From assembly GCA_031425655.1 (NCBI GenBank), contig JANPJS010000279.1, positions 1 through 33,924 of the forward strand: a stretch of 33,924 nucleotides of DNA, given 5' to 3'. Both the position numbers and the translations under genes were made by a program. The notes beneath the pieces are model-generated. The model had not been told where the DNA came from. It searched no databases and saw only the letters and a program-made list of their open reading frames with translations. This DNA is from Abditibacteriaceae bacterium. GTDB taxonomy: Bacteria > Armatimonadota > Abditibacteriia > Abditibacteriales > Abditibacteriaceae. Shown piece by piece: positions 8,778-17,900 of this stretch (positions are counted from its first letter, which is position 1; the number at the start of each line of letters is the position of its first letter).

Positions 8778-9212
8778 ATGACCGTTCTCTTTTCGCCACT
8801 GGGCCTGACCTACGGCACTCTTTATTCCGCGATTTTATTGGTGCGCCCGCAGCGCGTCGTCATTGTTACATCTGAGCAGGCGGCGCATCTGCTCCATTCG
8901 GCGGTGGACGCGGCGCGTTTTTATCACAGCGCGTTTACAGTCGAAACGCACGTTCTGAGCGATCCTTTTCTTGGCTTTCCGGCAGGCCGCTCGCTCGCGC
9001 ACCGTCTCATTGAGCGCGCCGGCGACAGCAACGTGGTCAATCTCACGGGCGGCACCACGGTTTTGCAGGATTGCGCCCATTCGATCTCCATTTTGCTGCG
9101 CTCCGAAAACAAAGCCGTGCGCGAAGTCGCCGTTGTGGATGGCCGCGACGGCGACGAGCAGGCTCGCCAACCTTTGGCTTTAGGCCAACTGGTCGAAGTC
9201 CCGCCGCTTTAA
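8778..9212 (+). CDS. Stand-alone CARF-like Rossmann-fold protein (144 aa)
   Basis: Strand-1 motif VLFSPLGLTYG, P.RVVIVTS, and the CARF motif VVNLTGGTT; no HTH or effector domain; TAGAAT 5 nt before ATG. Confidence 0.7.
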   Translation: MTVLFSPLGLTYGTLYSAILLVRPQRVVIVTSEQAAHLLHSAVDAARFYHSAFTVETHVLSDPFLGFPAGRSLAHRLIERAGDSNVVNLTGGTTVLQDCAHSISILLRSENKAVREVAVVDGRDGDEQARQPLALGQLVEVPPL

Positions 9213-9278
9213 AGTGCGGAGTGCGGAATTCGGAGTGCGAAGCTTGATTCCTCATTCCGAATTCCGCACTCCGCACTT
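9212..9278. repeat. Heptamer-based palindromic element (GTGCGGA)n...(TCCGCAC)n
   Basis: AAGTGCGGAGTGCGGAATTCGGA ... TCCGAATTCCGCACTCCGCACTT; same family as 31437-31508. Confidence 0.88.
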
Positions 9279-9420
9279 GCTACACTGGGAACGGAAGCGC
9301 GATTTTCGAGTCTGTGAATGCAGTTTTAGAAGCTCTTTAGCCCGGTCGCAAAATGTCGCGCCGGGCTTTTTACGGCGTGGTTCAGGCCAAATGGAACCAC
9401 GAAAATGAGGGAGAAACGCT

Positions 9421-11976
9421 ATGTGGCAACGATTTACCGAACGGGCGCGGCGCGTGATTTTGCTCGGCCAAGAAGAGGCCAGCAAGATGAACAACAGCCA
9501 CGTCGGGACGGAGCATTTACTTTTGGGATTGGTGCGCGAAAACGAAGGCGTTGCCGCGCAAGTGCTGCAAAAAATGGGCGTGTCTTTGCAGCGCGTGCGG
9601 CAGGAAATTGAAGACGAAGTTGAACCTTCCGACGAAGGCGCGTCGAGTGAGCCGAAGCTCACGCCGCGCGCCAAGCGCGTGCTGGAATTGGCCGCCGACG
9701 AAGCGCGCCGGATGCGCCACAACTACATCGGCACCGAGCATCTTCTTCTGGCTTTGCTGCGCGAGAAAGACGGCGTTGCCGCCAACGTGCTGCGTAAACT
9801 CGGCCTCAATTTGGAAAAAGCGCGCCATCAAGTGATGGAATATCTTGGCCCCGAAGCGCCGACAGCGGAAAAGCAAGGCGCCGAAAAAGGCGCGCCCGGC
9901 GGCGGCCCTGCGGGACGCACAGGCCGTTCGCAAACCCCGGCGCTCGACCAATTTGGACGCGACATCAATCAGCTCGCTATTGACGGCAAGCTCGACCCGG
10001 TTATCGGTCGCCAGCCGCAAATTGACCGCACCATTCAGATTCTCTGCCGCCGCACCAAAAACAACCCGGTGCTCGTCGGCGAGCCGGGCGTGGGCAAAAC
10101 TGCCATCGTCGAAGGTTTGGCGCAGCGCATCGTTTCGCGCGACGTGCCGGAACCGCTGCTCGACAAGAAAATCATCGCATTGGACTTGGCAACGGTCGTC
10201 GCGGGCACCAAATATCGCGGCGAATTCGAAGAGCGAATGAAGCGCATCATGCAGGAAATCCGCGCCGCCAACGGCAAAATCATCGTGTTTATTGACGAAT
10301 TGCACACGATTATCGGCGCCGGAGCCGCCGAAGGCGCCATTGACGCCAGCAATATGCTGAAACCGGCCCTTGCGCGTGGCGAAATGCGCTGCATCGGTGC
10401 CACGACGTTGGACGAATATCGCAAATACATCGAAAAATCCGGTGCCTTAGAACGGCGTTTCCAGATGGTTTTGGTGCCCGAACCGACAGTCGAAGATGCC
10501 ATCGAAATCATGAAGGGCCTGCGTCCGCGCTACGAAGAATTTCACGGCGTGACGATTACGGACGAGGCGCTTCAGGAAGCCGTAGACCTGTCGCAGCGTT
10601 ACATCACGGCGCGCCAACTGCCGGACAAGGCCATTGACCTGATTGACGAGGCCGGAAGCCGTGTCAAGCTGCGCGTGGCATTGCCGCCTAAAACCTTGCG
10701 CGAATTGCAAAAACAGCTCGACGAGTTGAATATCGAGAAGGAATCGGCGGTCAACAACGACGAATACGAAAAAGCCGCCGAACTGCGCGACCGCGCGCAG
10801 GAATTGGAAAAAGCTCTCGAAGACGCCCAAGAAGCGTGGCAAGCCGAGCGCAACGGCACCGACGAGCAGCCGAAAGTCACTGAAGACGACATCGCGCAAA
10901 TCGTGAGCGATTGGACGGGCGTGCCGGTGCGTCGCCTGACCGAAGCCGAAACCGCCAAATTGTTACGCATGGAAGACGAGTTACACAACCGCATCGTCGG
11001 ACAAGACGAAGCGATTAAAGTGATTTCCAAAGCGGTGCGACGTGGGCGGGCCGGTCTTAAAGACCCCAAACGTCCGACCGGCGTGTTCATGTTCGTCGGC
11101 CCGACCGGCGTCGGCAAAACCGAACTGGCGCGTGCCCTTGCCGAATTCCTTTTCGACGACGAAGCGGCGCTGATTCGCTTGGACATGAGCGAGTATTCGG
11201 AACACTTCAACGTGTCGCGGATGCTGGGTTCGCCTCCCGGCTACGTCGGCTACGACGAAGGCGGACAGCTTACCGAGCAAGTGCGCCGTCGCCCGTATTC
11301 CGTCGTGCTTTTCGACGAAATCGAAAAAGCGCACCCGGAAATTTTCAACACGCTGCTGCAAATCTTCGAGGATGGCCGTCTGACCGACGCGCAGGGCCGC
11401 GTGGTGGATTTCAAGAACACGGTTATCATCATGACGAGCAACGTCGGCACGTCGGGCTTGGACAAGAGCCTCGGTTTGCGCGATATGAGCACATCGGGGC
11501 AGGATTCCGAAGCGGCTCATAACACGATGAAAAGCCGCGTCATGGAAGCGTATTCGCGGATGTTCCGCCCCGAATTCCGCAACCGTTTGGACGAGGTTTT
11601 GGTTTTCCATCACCTGACGCACGACCAGATTTTGGAAATCGTGAGCTTCATGTCGAAGCGTGTGGAAAAAGAGTTGGCGCGGCGCGAGATGAAACTGGAA
11701 TTCCTGCCCGCCGCCAAAGAACTTTTGGCCAAAGAAGGCTACGACCGGCAGTTCGGAGCGCGCCCGTTGCGCCGCGCCGTGCAGCGCCTGATCGAAGACC
11801 CGTTGGCCGAGCGCATCCTGATGGGCGACTTCAAAGCCGGCGACACGATTTACGTGGACGCGCAAAACGGCGAAACCGTATTCACCACCGAATTGCCGAC
11901 CGACCTGCCCAACCCCGATGAAATCGTGCCCGACGAGGACAAAGAGCGACTCTCAGCCATGATGGGCGAGGCGTAA
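9421..11976 (+). CDS. clpC: ATP-dependent Clp protease ATPase ClpC
   Basis: Two Clp_N repeats (GTEHLLL), Walker A GEPGVGKT and GPTGVGKT, short UVR-type middle domain (YEKAAELRD), [16 protein letters not shown]. Confidence 0.93.
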   Translation: MWQRFTERARRVILLGQEEASKMNNSHVGTEHLLLGLVRENEGVAAQVLQKMGVSLQRVRQEIEDEVEPSDEGASSEPKLTPRAKRVLELAADEARRMRHNYIGTEHLLLALLREKDGVAANVLRKLGLNLEKARHQVMEYLGPEAPTAEKQGAEKGAPGGGPAGRTGRSQTPALDQFGRDINQLAIDGKLDPVIGRQPQIDRTIQILCRRTKNNPVLVGEPGVGKTAIVEGLAQRIVSRDVPEPLLDKKIIALDLATVVAGTKYRGEFEERMKRIMQEIRAANGKIIVFIDELHTIIGAGAAEGAIDASNMLKPALARGEMRCIGATTLDEYRKYIEKSGALERRFQMVLVPEPTVEDAIEIMKGLRPRYEEFHGVTITDEALQEAVDLSQRYITARQLPDKAIDLIDEAGSRVKLRVALPPKTLRELQKQLDELNIEKESAVNNDEYEKAAELRDRAQELEKALEDAQEAWQAERNGTDEQPKVTEDDIAQIVSDWTGVPVRRLTEAETAKLLRMEDELHNRIVGQDEAIKVISKAVRRGRAGLKDPKRPTGVFMFVGPTGVGKTELARALAEFLFDDEAALIRLDMSEYSEHFNVSRMLGSPPGYVGYDEGGQLTEQVRRRPYSVVLFDEIEKAHPEIFNTLLQIFEDGRLTDAQGRVVDFKNTVIIMTSNVGTSGLDKSLGLRDMSTSGQDSEAAHNTMKSRVMEAYSRMFRPEFRNRLDEVLVFHHLTHDQILEIVSFMSKRVEKELARREMKLEFLPAAKELLAKEGYDRQFGARPLRRAVQRLIEDPLAERILMGDFKAGDTIYVDAQNGETVFTTELPTDLPNPDEIVPDEDKERLSAMMGEA

Positions 11977-11992
11977 ACATCGAGTCTTAAAC

Positions 11993-12033
11993 GAAAACAG
12001 CGCGCGATTGAATTTCAATCGCGCGCTGTTTTC
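11993..12033. terminator. Perfect 41-bp palindrome, probable bidirectional terminator; copy 1 of a local repeat
   Basis: GAAAACAGCGCGCGATTGAA-T-TTCAATCGCGCGCTGTTTTC between convergent stops. Confidence 0.8.
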
Positions 12034-12049
12034 ATTGCGCTAAAAAGCC

Positions 12050-12376
12050 CTAATATTCTTCCCAATGCACCACTGTTTCAGTCTTTGGATCAACGTGAGC
12101 CGAATATAATTTGTCTCCTACTTGAATACGACCATAAATGAGCGAATGGTTGCAAAATGCAATCAAAGCTGCCTTTCGTTTCATAAGCCGTTTTGTCCAA
12201 TCCACTCCTCTGACGCCAAGTTGTATCTGGCCCTCAAGGAACTCGATATAGCTTTCATCGAATGAGCTATGTTCAACATATTTTGCCTCTGACACATTTG
12301 CCCGAAAGCTTTCTGGAAGTTGCTCGGCTTTTTGGACAACAAAAACAAACGTTTCAAATACATCCATGTCGCTCAT
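12050..12376 (-). CDS. Hypothetical AT-rich protein (~105-108 aa; start 12376 or 12367)
   Basis: Open frame with globular composition, visibly lower GC than flanks; TAAAAT 7 nt before ATG 12367. Confidence 0.6.
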   Translation of the reverse strand: MSDMDVFETFVFVVQKAEQLPESFRANVSEAKYVEHSSFDESYIEFLEGQIQLGVRGVDWTKRLMKRKAALIAFCNHSLIYGRIQVGDKLYSAHVDPKTETVVHWEEY

Positions 12377-12455
12377 TTTATGGCATGGAGCTAAATGGCG
12401 CAGCAGCGGATTCTGTGCACAGTCGCCGCCGAACTGGCGGGCGATTCGGAGCCAA

Positions 12456-12496
12456 CAAAACAACACGCGATGGAAATTCCATCGCGCGCTGTTTTG
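12456..12496. repeat. Copy 2 of the 41-bp palindrome
   Basis: CAAAACAACACGCGATGGAA-A-TTCCATCGCGCGCTGTTTTG. Confidence 0.85.
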
Positions 12497-12501
12497 CGTC
12501 C

Positions 12502-12756
12502 TCAGTGTTCCTCTTCAGGATTCGGAGGCAATTCGCGGCCTGAGCGCAGAAGTTCTATTTCTAACCGTAGAGCTAACTTTTCCCGCTCGTGCGCTTCTTT
12601 ATCCTGTGCGCGCTGAACTTCATAAATTAAACGCTGCATTGCGGCAGTCAACTCACGCATTTCTTGTTGAAGTTTTTCAATATCGCTGCGATTTCGTTGT
12701 AATTCTTCGGCGAAGTTGAAGATGAGCTTGATGGCTTCGTAGAGTTTTTGTCCCAT
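12502..12756 (-). CDS. Hypothetical 84-aa coiled-coil protein
   Basis: Heptad-like E/Q/L/R-rich sequence; AAGG before ATG; 15 nt after the upstream stop. Confidence 0.65.
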   Translation of the reverse strand: MGQKLYEAIKLIFNFAEELQRNRSDIEKLQQEMRELTAAMQRLIYEVQRAQDKEAHEREKLALRLEIELLRSGRELPPNPEEEH

Positions 12757-12771
12757 GACGCTGCATGACCT

Positions 12772-12969
12772 TTAAGCCGCCGCCCACTTGTCCAGTGTCG
12801 CGTTGATTTCGGCCAGCATGGCGCGTGTCTCACCGCGCAAATGCTCGATGTTGCTCTGGCTTTCGCTCAACTGCCCGTTGATTTGCTTCATCTGCGCGAT
12901 GTAACGGTCAATTTCAGCTTCGTAATCCACATTTTGAGGCGTGGAATTCGCTGTGGTCGCTTTATTCAT
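12772..12969 (-). CDS. Hypothetical 65-aa coiled-coil protein
   Basis: GGAGG SD before ATG 12969 (MNKATTAN...), TAAAAT just upstream; C-terminal part of ORF 12772..13386. Confidence 0.65.
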   Translation of the reverse strand: MNKATTANSTPQNVDYEAEIDRYIAQMKQINGQLSESQSNIEHLRGETRAMLAEINATLDKWAAA

Positions 12970-13010
12970 CTTCGTGGCCTCCGCTGTGCATTTTATCATC
13001 TCGGCACAGC

Positions 13011-13048
13011 CAAACAGCGCGATTGAATTTCCATCACGCGCTGTTTTG
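13011..13048. repeat. Copy 3 (degenerate) of the 41-bp palindrome
   Basis: CAAACAGCGCGATTGAATTTCCATCACGCGCTGTTTTG. Confidence 0.8.
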
Positions 13049-13061
13049 TCTTTGCTCTCAT

Positions 13062-13937
13062 TCAAACCTCGTGCGCCAGACAAACCAACTCGGCTAAAGT
13101 CAGCAAATCGAGCGCGTTGTGGTGGATAATCGGCGCTAAAAGCGAGGCGGCTTCGAGGCCGGCGCTGCGCCGTTCGATGAAGCGCTCGTATTCGATGGGA
13201 ATGCGATAGGAGGGCACGTCGCCTTGTCGCGCACGACCGCACAAAAAGCGTTCGAGAGTTTGCAGTCGGCAATCGGGAAACTGGCCTTTCCACAAACGCC
13301 GCGCTTCGTGCAGCATATCGAGATGCTGCGGCGGCTCGGCGAAAGGCACATTCAAACGCTCGCTGCGCTTTCGCACGTAAGGCCAATCGAACGATTTGCC
13401 GTTGAAAGTTACCAGTCGTTTGCCACGCGCCCGCTGATGAAACGCGGCTAAGGCAGCCGCCTCTTCGTCGTAATCGCGCGCTAAAAAGAATTCGAGGTGC
13501 GGCGTGTTGTGCTCGAAATGCAAGGCGCCGATGAGAAACAGCGGCCCACTGGCCGAAACGCCGGTTGTTTCGATGTCAAGCATCAAAACGTCGCGCGGAA
13601 TTGCGTTAGTTAAGGCCAAAAAGCGCGGATTATCGAGAACGCTTTGCAAGTTGTTATGAAGTTCGGCAAACGGCGCATCGTATTCTCCCGCCGGACGTGA
13701 GATTTCCAAATGAGCGCCGCGTCGGGCGCAGATTTTTTCGATGCCGCCCAACGCGATTTCCAGCGAAGTGCCGCGCACGCACGGCGGGCACGGAATGACT
13801 TTGAGCGCGCTTTCGGGCCGTTCGATGGGCCGCTGCCACTGCGAACGCGACGGGCCACGTCGCGCGCCCGTTGCCAATCCGCTGACGTTCATTTCCGGCG
13901 GCACGACTTCGTTTGCAATCTCTTCCCAACTTGGCAT
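13062..13937 (-). CDS. Ribonuclease H-like domain protein (RNase_H_2/YprB-type DEDD exonuclease)
   Basis: LDIETTG, LVTFNGKSFDWP, HLDMLH, L.TLE..L, HN..D. Confidence 0.88.
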   Translation of the reverse strand: MPSWEEIANEVVPPEMNVSGLATGARRGPSRSQWQRPIERPESALKVIPCPPCVRGTSLEIALGGIEKICARRGAHLEISRPAGEYDAPFAELHNNLQSVLDNPRFLALTNAIPRDVLMLDIETTGVSASGPLFLIGALHFEHNTPHLEFFLARDYDEEAAALAAFHQRARGKRLVTFNGKSFDWPYVRKRSERLNVPFAEPPQHLDMLHEARRLWKGQFPDCRLQTLERFLCGRARQGDVPSYRIPIEYERFIERRSAGLEAASLLAPIIHHNALDLLTLAELVCLAHEV

Positions 13938-13940
13938 GGT

Positions 13941-14822
13941 TTATCCAAACGGCAGTTCACAGACGGTCGCGGTTTGTGCGCCGTCGGGCGCTTGCGCCGT
14001 CAGTTCCTGCCCCGGCGCTTGCCAGTCGCCACGCACGAATCCAAGTGCAATCGGGCCGAAACGCGGCGAAAGCACGCTGCTGGTGATAAATCCGGCGTCG
14101 CGCCCATTGGCTTGCAATTTCACCGGCGCGTTAGCCAGTTGCGCCATCGGAATCGCGCGCTCCAATTTCAGGCCCATTAAGCCCTGTTTAATCTTCTTGT
14201 AGGTGTGCAAGCGCGCGATAACTTCCTGCCCGTTGTAACAGCCTTTATCTAACGAAATGGCGAAATCCAGCCCAGATTCCCACGGATTGATGCTTTCGGT
14301 CAGTTCCAATCCGGCGACGGGCAATCCGGCTTCGACGCGCAGCAGATTATAAGTTTCGTCGTCGCACAGCGGCTCCGGCGAAGACGTGCCGTCCAGCACG
14401 AAAAAACCGCCGCCGGGCAAACGTCGCGTGGCAAAATGCGCGTCGTTTGCCCCAATCGCGGCTGCGGCTTGCGGCCCGAAAACGCCCCATAAATTTGTGC
14501 TGTCCGTGATGTCTTCGATAGTCACGTCTTGCCGGAATAGAATGAATTTCTCGGCATGAGCTTTAAGAATCGCGCGGCGATTGGGCGAAGTAATCACCAA
14601 AAAGTCGCTGTCACGGCGCAAAATCGTCAGCCAATCCAGCACGCGCGCCTTGTGATTGATGAGAACCGCTTCCGCTGCTGCGCCGGGTTTCAATGCTTTG
14701 ATGTTGTTGGTCGTGAGGTGATGCAGCAGCGTTGCGGCATCGGCGCCCGCGAAGCGAAATCGCCCAAAATGTGAAAGGTCGCGCCAGACGGCGGCGCTTT
14801 GTGCGGCAGAATAAGAGTCCAT
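13941..14822 (-). CDS. ygfZ: YgfZ/GcvT-family folate-binding protein
   Basis: KGCYNGQEVIAR signature, LRVEAG.P, DLS.FGR...G.DA. Confidence 0.85.
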   Translation of the reverse strand: MDSYSAAQSAAVWRDLSHFGRFRFAGADAATLLHHLTTNNIKALKPGAAAEAVLINHKARVLDWLTILRRDSDFLVITSPNRRAILKAHAEKFILFRQDVTIEDITDSTNLWGVFGPQAAAAIGANDAHFATRRLPGGGFFVLDGTSSPEPLCDDETYNLLRVEAGLPVAGLELTESINPWESGLDFAISLDKGCYNGQEVIARLHTYKKIKQGLMGLKLERAIPMAQLANAPVKLQANGRDAGFITSSVLSPRFGPIALGFVRGDWQAPGQELTAQAPDGAQTATVCELPFG

Positions 14823-14824
14823 GA

Positions 14825-14884
14825 GAGTTTTGAGTTTTGAGTTTTGAGTTGAGATGGGAACTCAAAATTCAAAACTCAAAACTT
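14825..14884. repeat. Heptamer palindrome (GAGTTTT)3...(AAAACTC)3 filling the intergenic gap
   Basis: Read directly from the sequence; inverted arms around GAGATGGG. Confidence 0.9.
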
Positions 14885-14886
14885 TC

Positions 14887-16476
14887 CTAAATCGGTCTGA
14901 CTAAGGGCGCGAGTCCTGCGGCCATGAGAATGCTTTGCGCGATTTGCAAAGCTAAAAGAGTTCGCCAGCGCGAACTTCGCTCCGGCGATAGAGAGGCAGC
15001 GGCTAAAGCGCAAAGCGGCGGGACGAGAAATAGCCACAATCGTTCCACCTCGCCGCGCACGTTGCCCGATAATGTCAGCACGACAATCGCCGCTAATGCG
15101 GCGCCGCCAAGCAAAAACGCGCCTGCTTCGCTGCCGCGCGGAACCCCCAACCCCCTTGCTAAGGGGGCTTGGGGGTTCCGCCTTAACGAAGCGAAGCACG
15201 CCACAACGACGGGCCAGCCGCAAAATGGCAGGAAGAAAACCAAGTTCATGAGCGGCCACAGCGCGCCGGTGCGATGCACCAACGTCGCGTTGCGATGCGC
15301 GGCCATCGCATTTTCAAAAATCGCTAAAGGCTGCATCGGAAACAGCGCGAGCAGCATCAGCCATGCGGCCACAAAACCGACGCCGAAAAAGAAAAGCCCC
15401 GTTGCAAAATCACGCGCCGAATTGGTTTCGCGCCGCGCCGAAAACAGCATCGCAAAAACGACAATCGCGCCGGTCGCCAGAGCCCCTATCGAGAGAAAAC
15501 TGGTCAATCCGAGCACGATTCCGGCGCCGATGAGCCACAAACGGCTGCCATTTTCGTGGCGGCTGGCGATGGCTTTAGCGACAAAAGCCAACGTCCACGC
15601 CGCGCCACACGCGATGAGCGCATCTAATGTGAACGCGAACATCCCGACGGCGGGTGCAAAAGCGAACAGCGCCGCAGCGAGCAGGCCGCGCGCTTCGTTG
15701 GGCGTGTTTTGCAACGGGTGGCCGGACGCGATCCAGTAAATCGCCGGAACTGTCAGGCCCAGCGCCAGCGAACACAAAAGCGCGCTCCACAACGCCGCTG
15801 AAACGGCACCGACTGGCAGCACTTGCGACGGCGGAGCTTTGGCCGAGCGGGCTGCGGCTTCGCGCACTTCATTGGCGGTGTCGGCAATCGAGTCGAGTTT
15901 GCCGCCGATCAGCCATTCCGCGAACGCCTCGAAGGCGCTTTGCAATCGCGGCGAGTTTTCGATGCTCTTTCGCGCGCCGTAGAAAAACAAAGTGGCGCCC
16001 GGCGGATGCGTGGCGACGTGCGATTGAATAAACGACGCCGGAGTCTGCCATTGCTCCGCATATTCGCGGCTGAACTGGCGGGCATCGTCAATGCGATACG
16101 CCGTGCTGAAATACTCGTTGGAAAGGTCGCTCCAGAACGCTTCGACTAATGTCAGTCCGCCCTGCGGCCCTAAAAGCGCCCAGGGCCAGACGGTAGCGAA
16201 CGTCATCAGCATGAGCAGGCTGAGAAGTGTGGATTGCGTTTGCTCTTTGCGCGATTTGGCGCGGCGAAAGCGGTCGAAAGCGGCTAACGCTGCCAGACCT
16301 CCAAAGAATCCCAGCACGATGAACGGCACGATCCATTCGCGCCATTCCCAGAGCGCAGTGTTGGGCGCAATCGCCCAGCCGTCGTAAGTCAGCGGGCGGC
16401 GCAAGGCAAAAAGCCACAGCGCGGTGAGCATTAAAAGCACCGCGCTGCAAATCGTCAGAACCCGAAAACGGCGCAT
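14887..16476 (-). CDS. Polytopic membrane protein, GT-C glycosyltransferase-like
   Basis: Many TM segments, THPPG and GEVERLWLF motifs; likely start MRRFRV at 16476. Confidence 0.65.
   Translation of the reverse strand: MRRFRVLTICSAVLLMLTALWLFALRRPLTYDGWAIAPNTALWEWREWIVPFIVLGFFGGLAALAAFDRFRRAKSRKEQTQSTLLSLLMLMTFATVWPWALLGPQGGLTLVEAFWSDLSNEYFSTAYRIDDARQFSREYAEQWQTPASFIQSHVATHPPGATLFFYGARKSIENSPRLQSAFEAFAEWLIGGKLDSIADTANEVREAAARSAKAPPSQVLPVGAVSAALWSALLCSLALGLTVPAIYWIASGHPLQNTPNEARGLLAAALFAFAPAVGMFAFTLDALIACGAAWTLAFVAKAIASRHENGSRLWLIGAGIVLGLTSFLSIGALATGAIVVFAMLFSARRETNSARDFATGLFFFGVGFVAAWLMLLALFPMQPLAIFENAMAAHRNATLVHRTGALWPLMNLVFFLPFCGWPVVVACFASLRRNPQAPLARGLGVPRGSEAGAFLLGGAALAAIVVLTLSGNVRGEVERLWLFLVPPLCALAAASLSPERSSRWRTLLALQIAQSILMAAGLAPLVRPI
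15138..15181. repeat. Palindrome inside a CDS, read in frame
   Basis: GCGGAACCCCCAACCCCCTT-GCT-AAGGGGGCTTGGGGGTTCCGC. Confidence 0.8.
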
Positions 16477-16513
16477 AAGTAGGAAGGTGCGCGAATGGGA
16501 GCGGCTCAGTGAG

Positions 16514-16593
16514 GTGGGGCGGGGCTTCGCCCTCTTCCAAACAGTAAAGGCACCAGTAACCCGTTTGGAAGAGGGCGATAGCCCCGCTCTTAC
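16514..16593. repeat. REP/REPIN-like inverted repeat
   Basis: GGGCGGGGCTTCGCCCTCTTCCAAAC ... GTTTGGAAGAGGGCGATAGCCCCGCTC; GTGG.../...TTAC ends. Confidence 0.8.
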
Positions 16594-17900
16594 TCGTCCC
16601 AAGCGCGTTTAATTTTGCGCGATAACGGATGCGAAGGCTTTTGAGGCCTGTCGGTGCTTGGCGGACGCTCTGAGCGCGGCTTTTCTTCGCGGGGTTTTAC
16701 GGATTTTGGCCTATCGGCGCGCGAATTGGGTCGGGGCCGGCTAAAGCCCATTTTGTCGTTGGTCGGCTTATCCGAATTGGGCCGGATTCCTATTGGTTTG
16801 GTTGGGTCGGCGCGGTTCGACTTTACGCGGCCCGATTTAGGCATTCGCACCGAGGGCCGCGCAGATTTGCTTTTCTCTGCGCGGTCTTTCGAGCTTCTCG
16901 GCTCGGCAGTTTTGCGTAATTGGCGCACTTCGGTCGGCAGCAATTCGCGAAATTCGCCGGTCGGCAAGCCTTCTAAATCTAAGTTGCCGAAACGCACGCG
17001 GCGCAAGGCGCGCACCGGATAGCCGACCGCTTCCAACATTCGCCGCACCTGACGGTTGCGCCCTTCGCGCAAAACCACCTCGACAAGCGCATTTTTATCG
17101 GTTTCGGCGCGCAATCGCACCTGACAGGGCGCCGTCGGCCCGTCTTCAAGCGTGATTCCGTGCGCCATTTTTTGCAGCGCCGCTTTATTCGGCTGGCCTT
17201 GAACGCGCGCCCAATAAGTCTTGGTGACGCCGTGCGAGGGATGCGTCAGCAGGTTGGTTAACTCGCCGTCGTTGGTTAAAAGCAGCACGCCCGCCGTCTC
17301 GAAATCGAGGCGCCCGACCGGATAAAGATGCTGATATTTCTTGGGCAGCAAGTCCATGACCGTCGCGCGGCCTTCGGGGTCGGAGCGCGTGCTGACGTAG
17401 CTTTTGGGCTTGTGCAACAGCAAAACGATGGGAGCGCCGGGCGGCTTGAGGGGCTTGCCGTCTACCACGATTTTGTCGTTGAGCGGGTCGGCTTTGGCGC
17501 CCAATTCTTTAATCGTGTGGCCATTTACCGAAACGCGGCCTTCAAGAATCAGCACTTCGGCGGCGCGGCGCGAAACCACGCCCGACTGCGCGATCAGCTT
17601 TTGCAGTCGCTCTTGACCTCCGGCCCATTCAAGGGAATTTTCAGTTCCAGCGGCGCGCTGGGCTGGAGTGCGTGCGCTGCGAGGTGAGGTCGCGGCTTTC
17701 GGCTTCGGCGGCGAGGTGCTGCGCGATGAACTGCTCGCCGAGGCACGGTTCGCGCCGCTCGGTCGAGGGTTGCGAGGCGACGCGGCTTGCGTCGTTGATT
17801 CGAGAGGTGTTTGTGTGCGCGCGGCGGGTTTGGACGCGGGGCGCGGCGGACGTGGCGCGGCGGGTTTTGCGTCTGGCCGCCGTGCGTTTTCTTTTCTCAT
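16590..17900 (-). CDS. rluB: RsuA/RluB-family rRNA pseudouridine synthase with disordered N- and C-tails
   Basis: S4 domain ERLQK..A.SG..SRR.AE, HKP, YPVGRLD, GVLLLTNDG, EGRNRQVRRM. Confidence 0.88.
   Translation of the reverse strand: MRKENARRPDAKPAAPRPPRPASKPAARTQTPLESTTQAASPRNPRPSGANRASASSSSRSTSPPKPKAATSPRSARTPAQRAAGTENSLEWAGGQERLQKLIAQSGVVSRRAAEVLILEGRVSVNGHTIKELGAKADPLNDKIVVDGKPLKPPGAPIVLLLHKPKSYVSTRSDPEGRATVMDLLPKKYQHLYPVGRLDFETAGVLLLTNDGELTNLLTHPSHGVTKTYWARVQGQPNKAALQKMAHGITLEDGPTAPCQVRLRAETDKNALVEVVLREGRNRQVRRMLEAVGYPVRALRRVRFGNLDLEGLPTGEFRELLPTEVRQLRKTAEPRSSKDRAEKSKSARPSVRMPKSGRVKSNRADPTKPIGIRPNSDKPTNDKMGFSRPRPNSRADRPKSVKPREEKPRSERPPSTDRPQKPSHPLSRKIKRAWDE

Noticed and set aside
8778..9278. 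CRISPR-Cas locus implied by the CARF gene and adjacent repeats
   Set aside because: No cas genes; the repeats are heptamer tandems without unique spacers.
9421..11976. ClpB
   Set aside because: The middle domain is short and UVR-like, as in ClpC.
11993..13048. Integron attC sites or a CRISPR array
   Set aside because: Only 41 bp, no RYYYAAC/GTTRRRY consensus, no integrase; the intervals are gene-sized, not spacer-sized.
12970..13386. N-terminal 139 codons of ORF 12772..13386
   Set aside because: Overlaps the RNase H-like gene and a palindrome; the SD-supported start is 12969.
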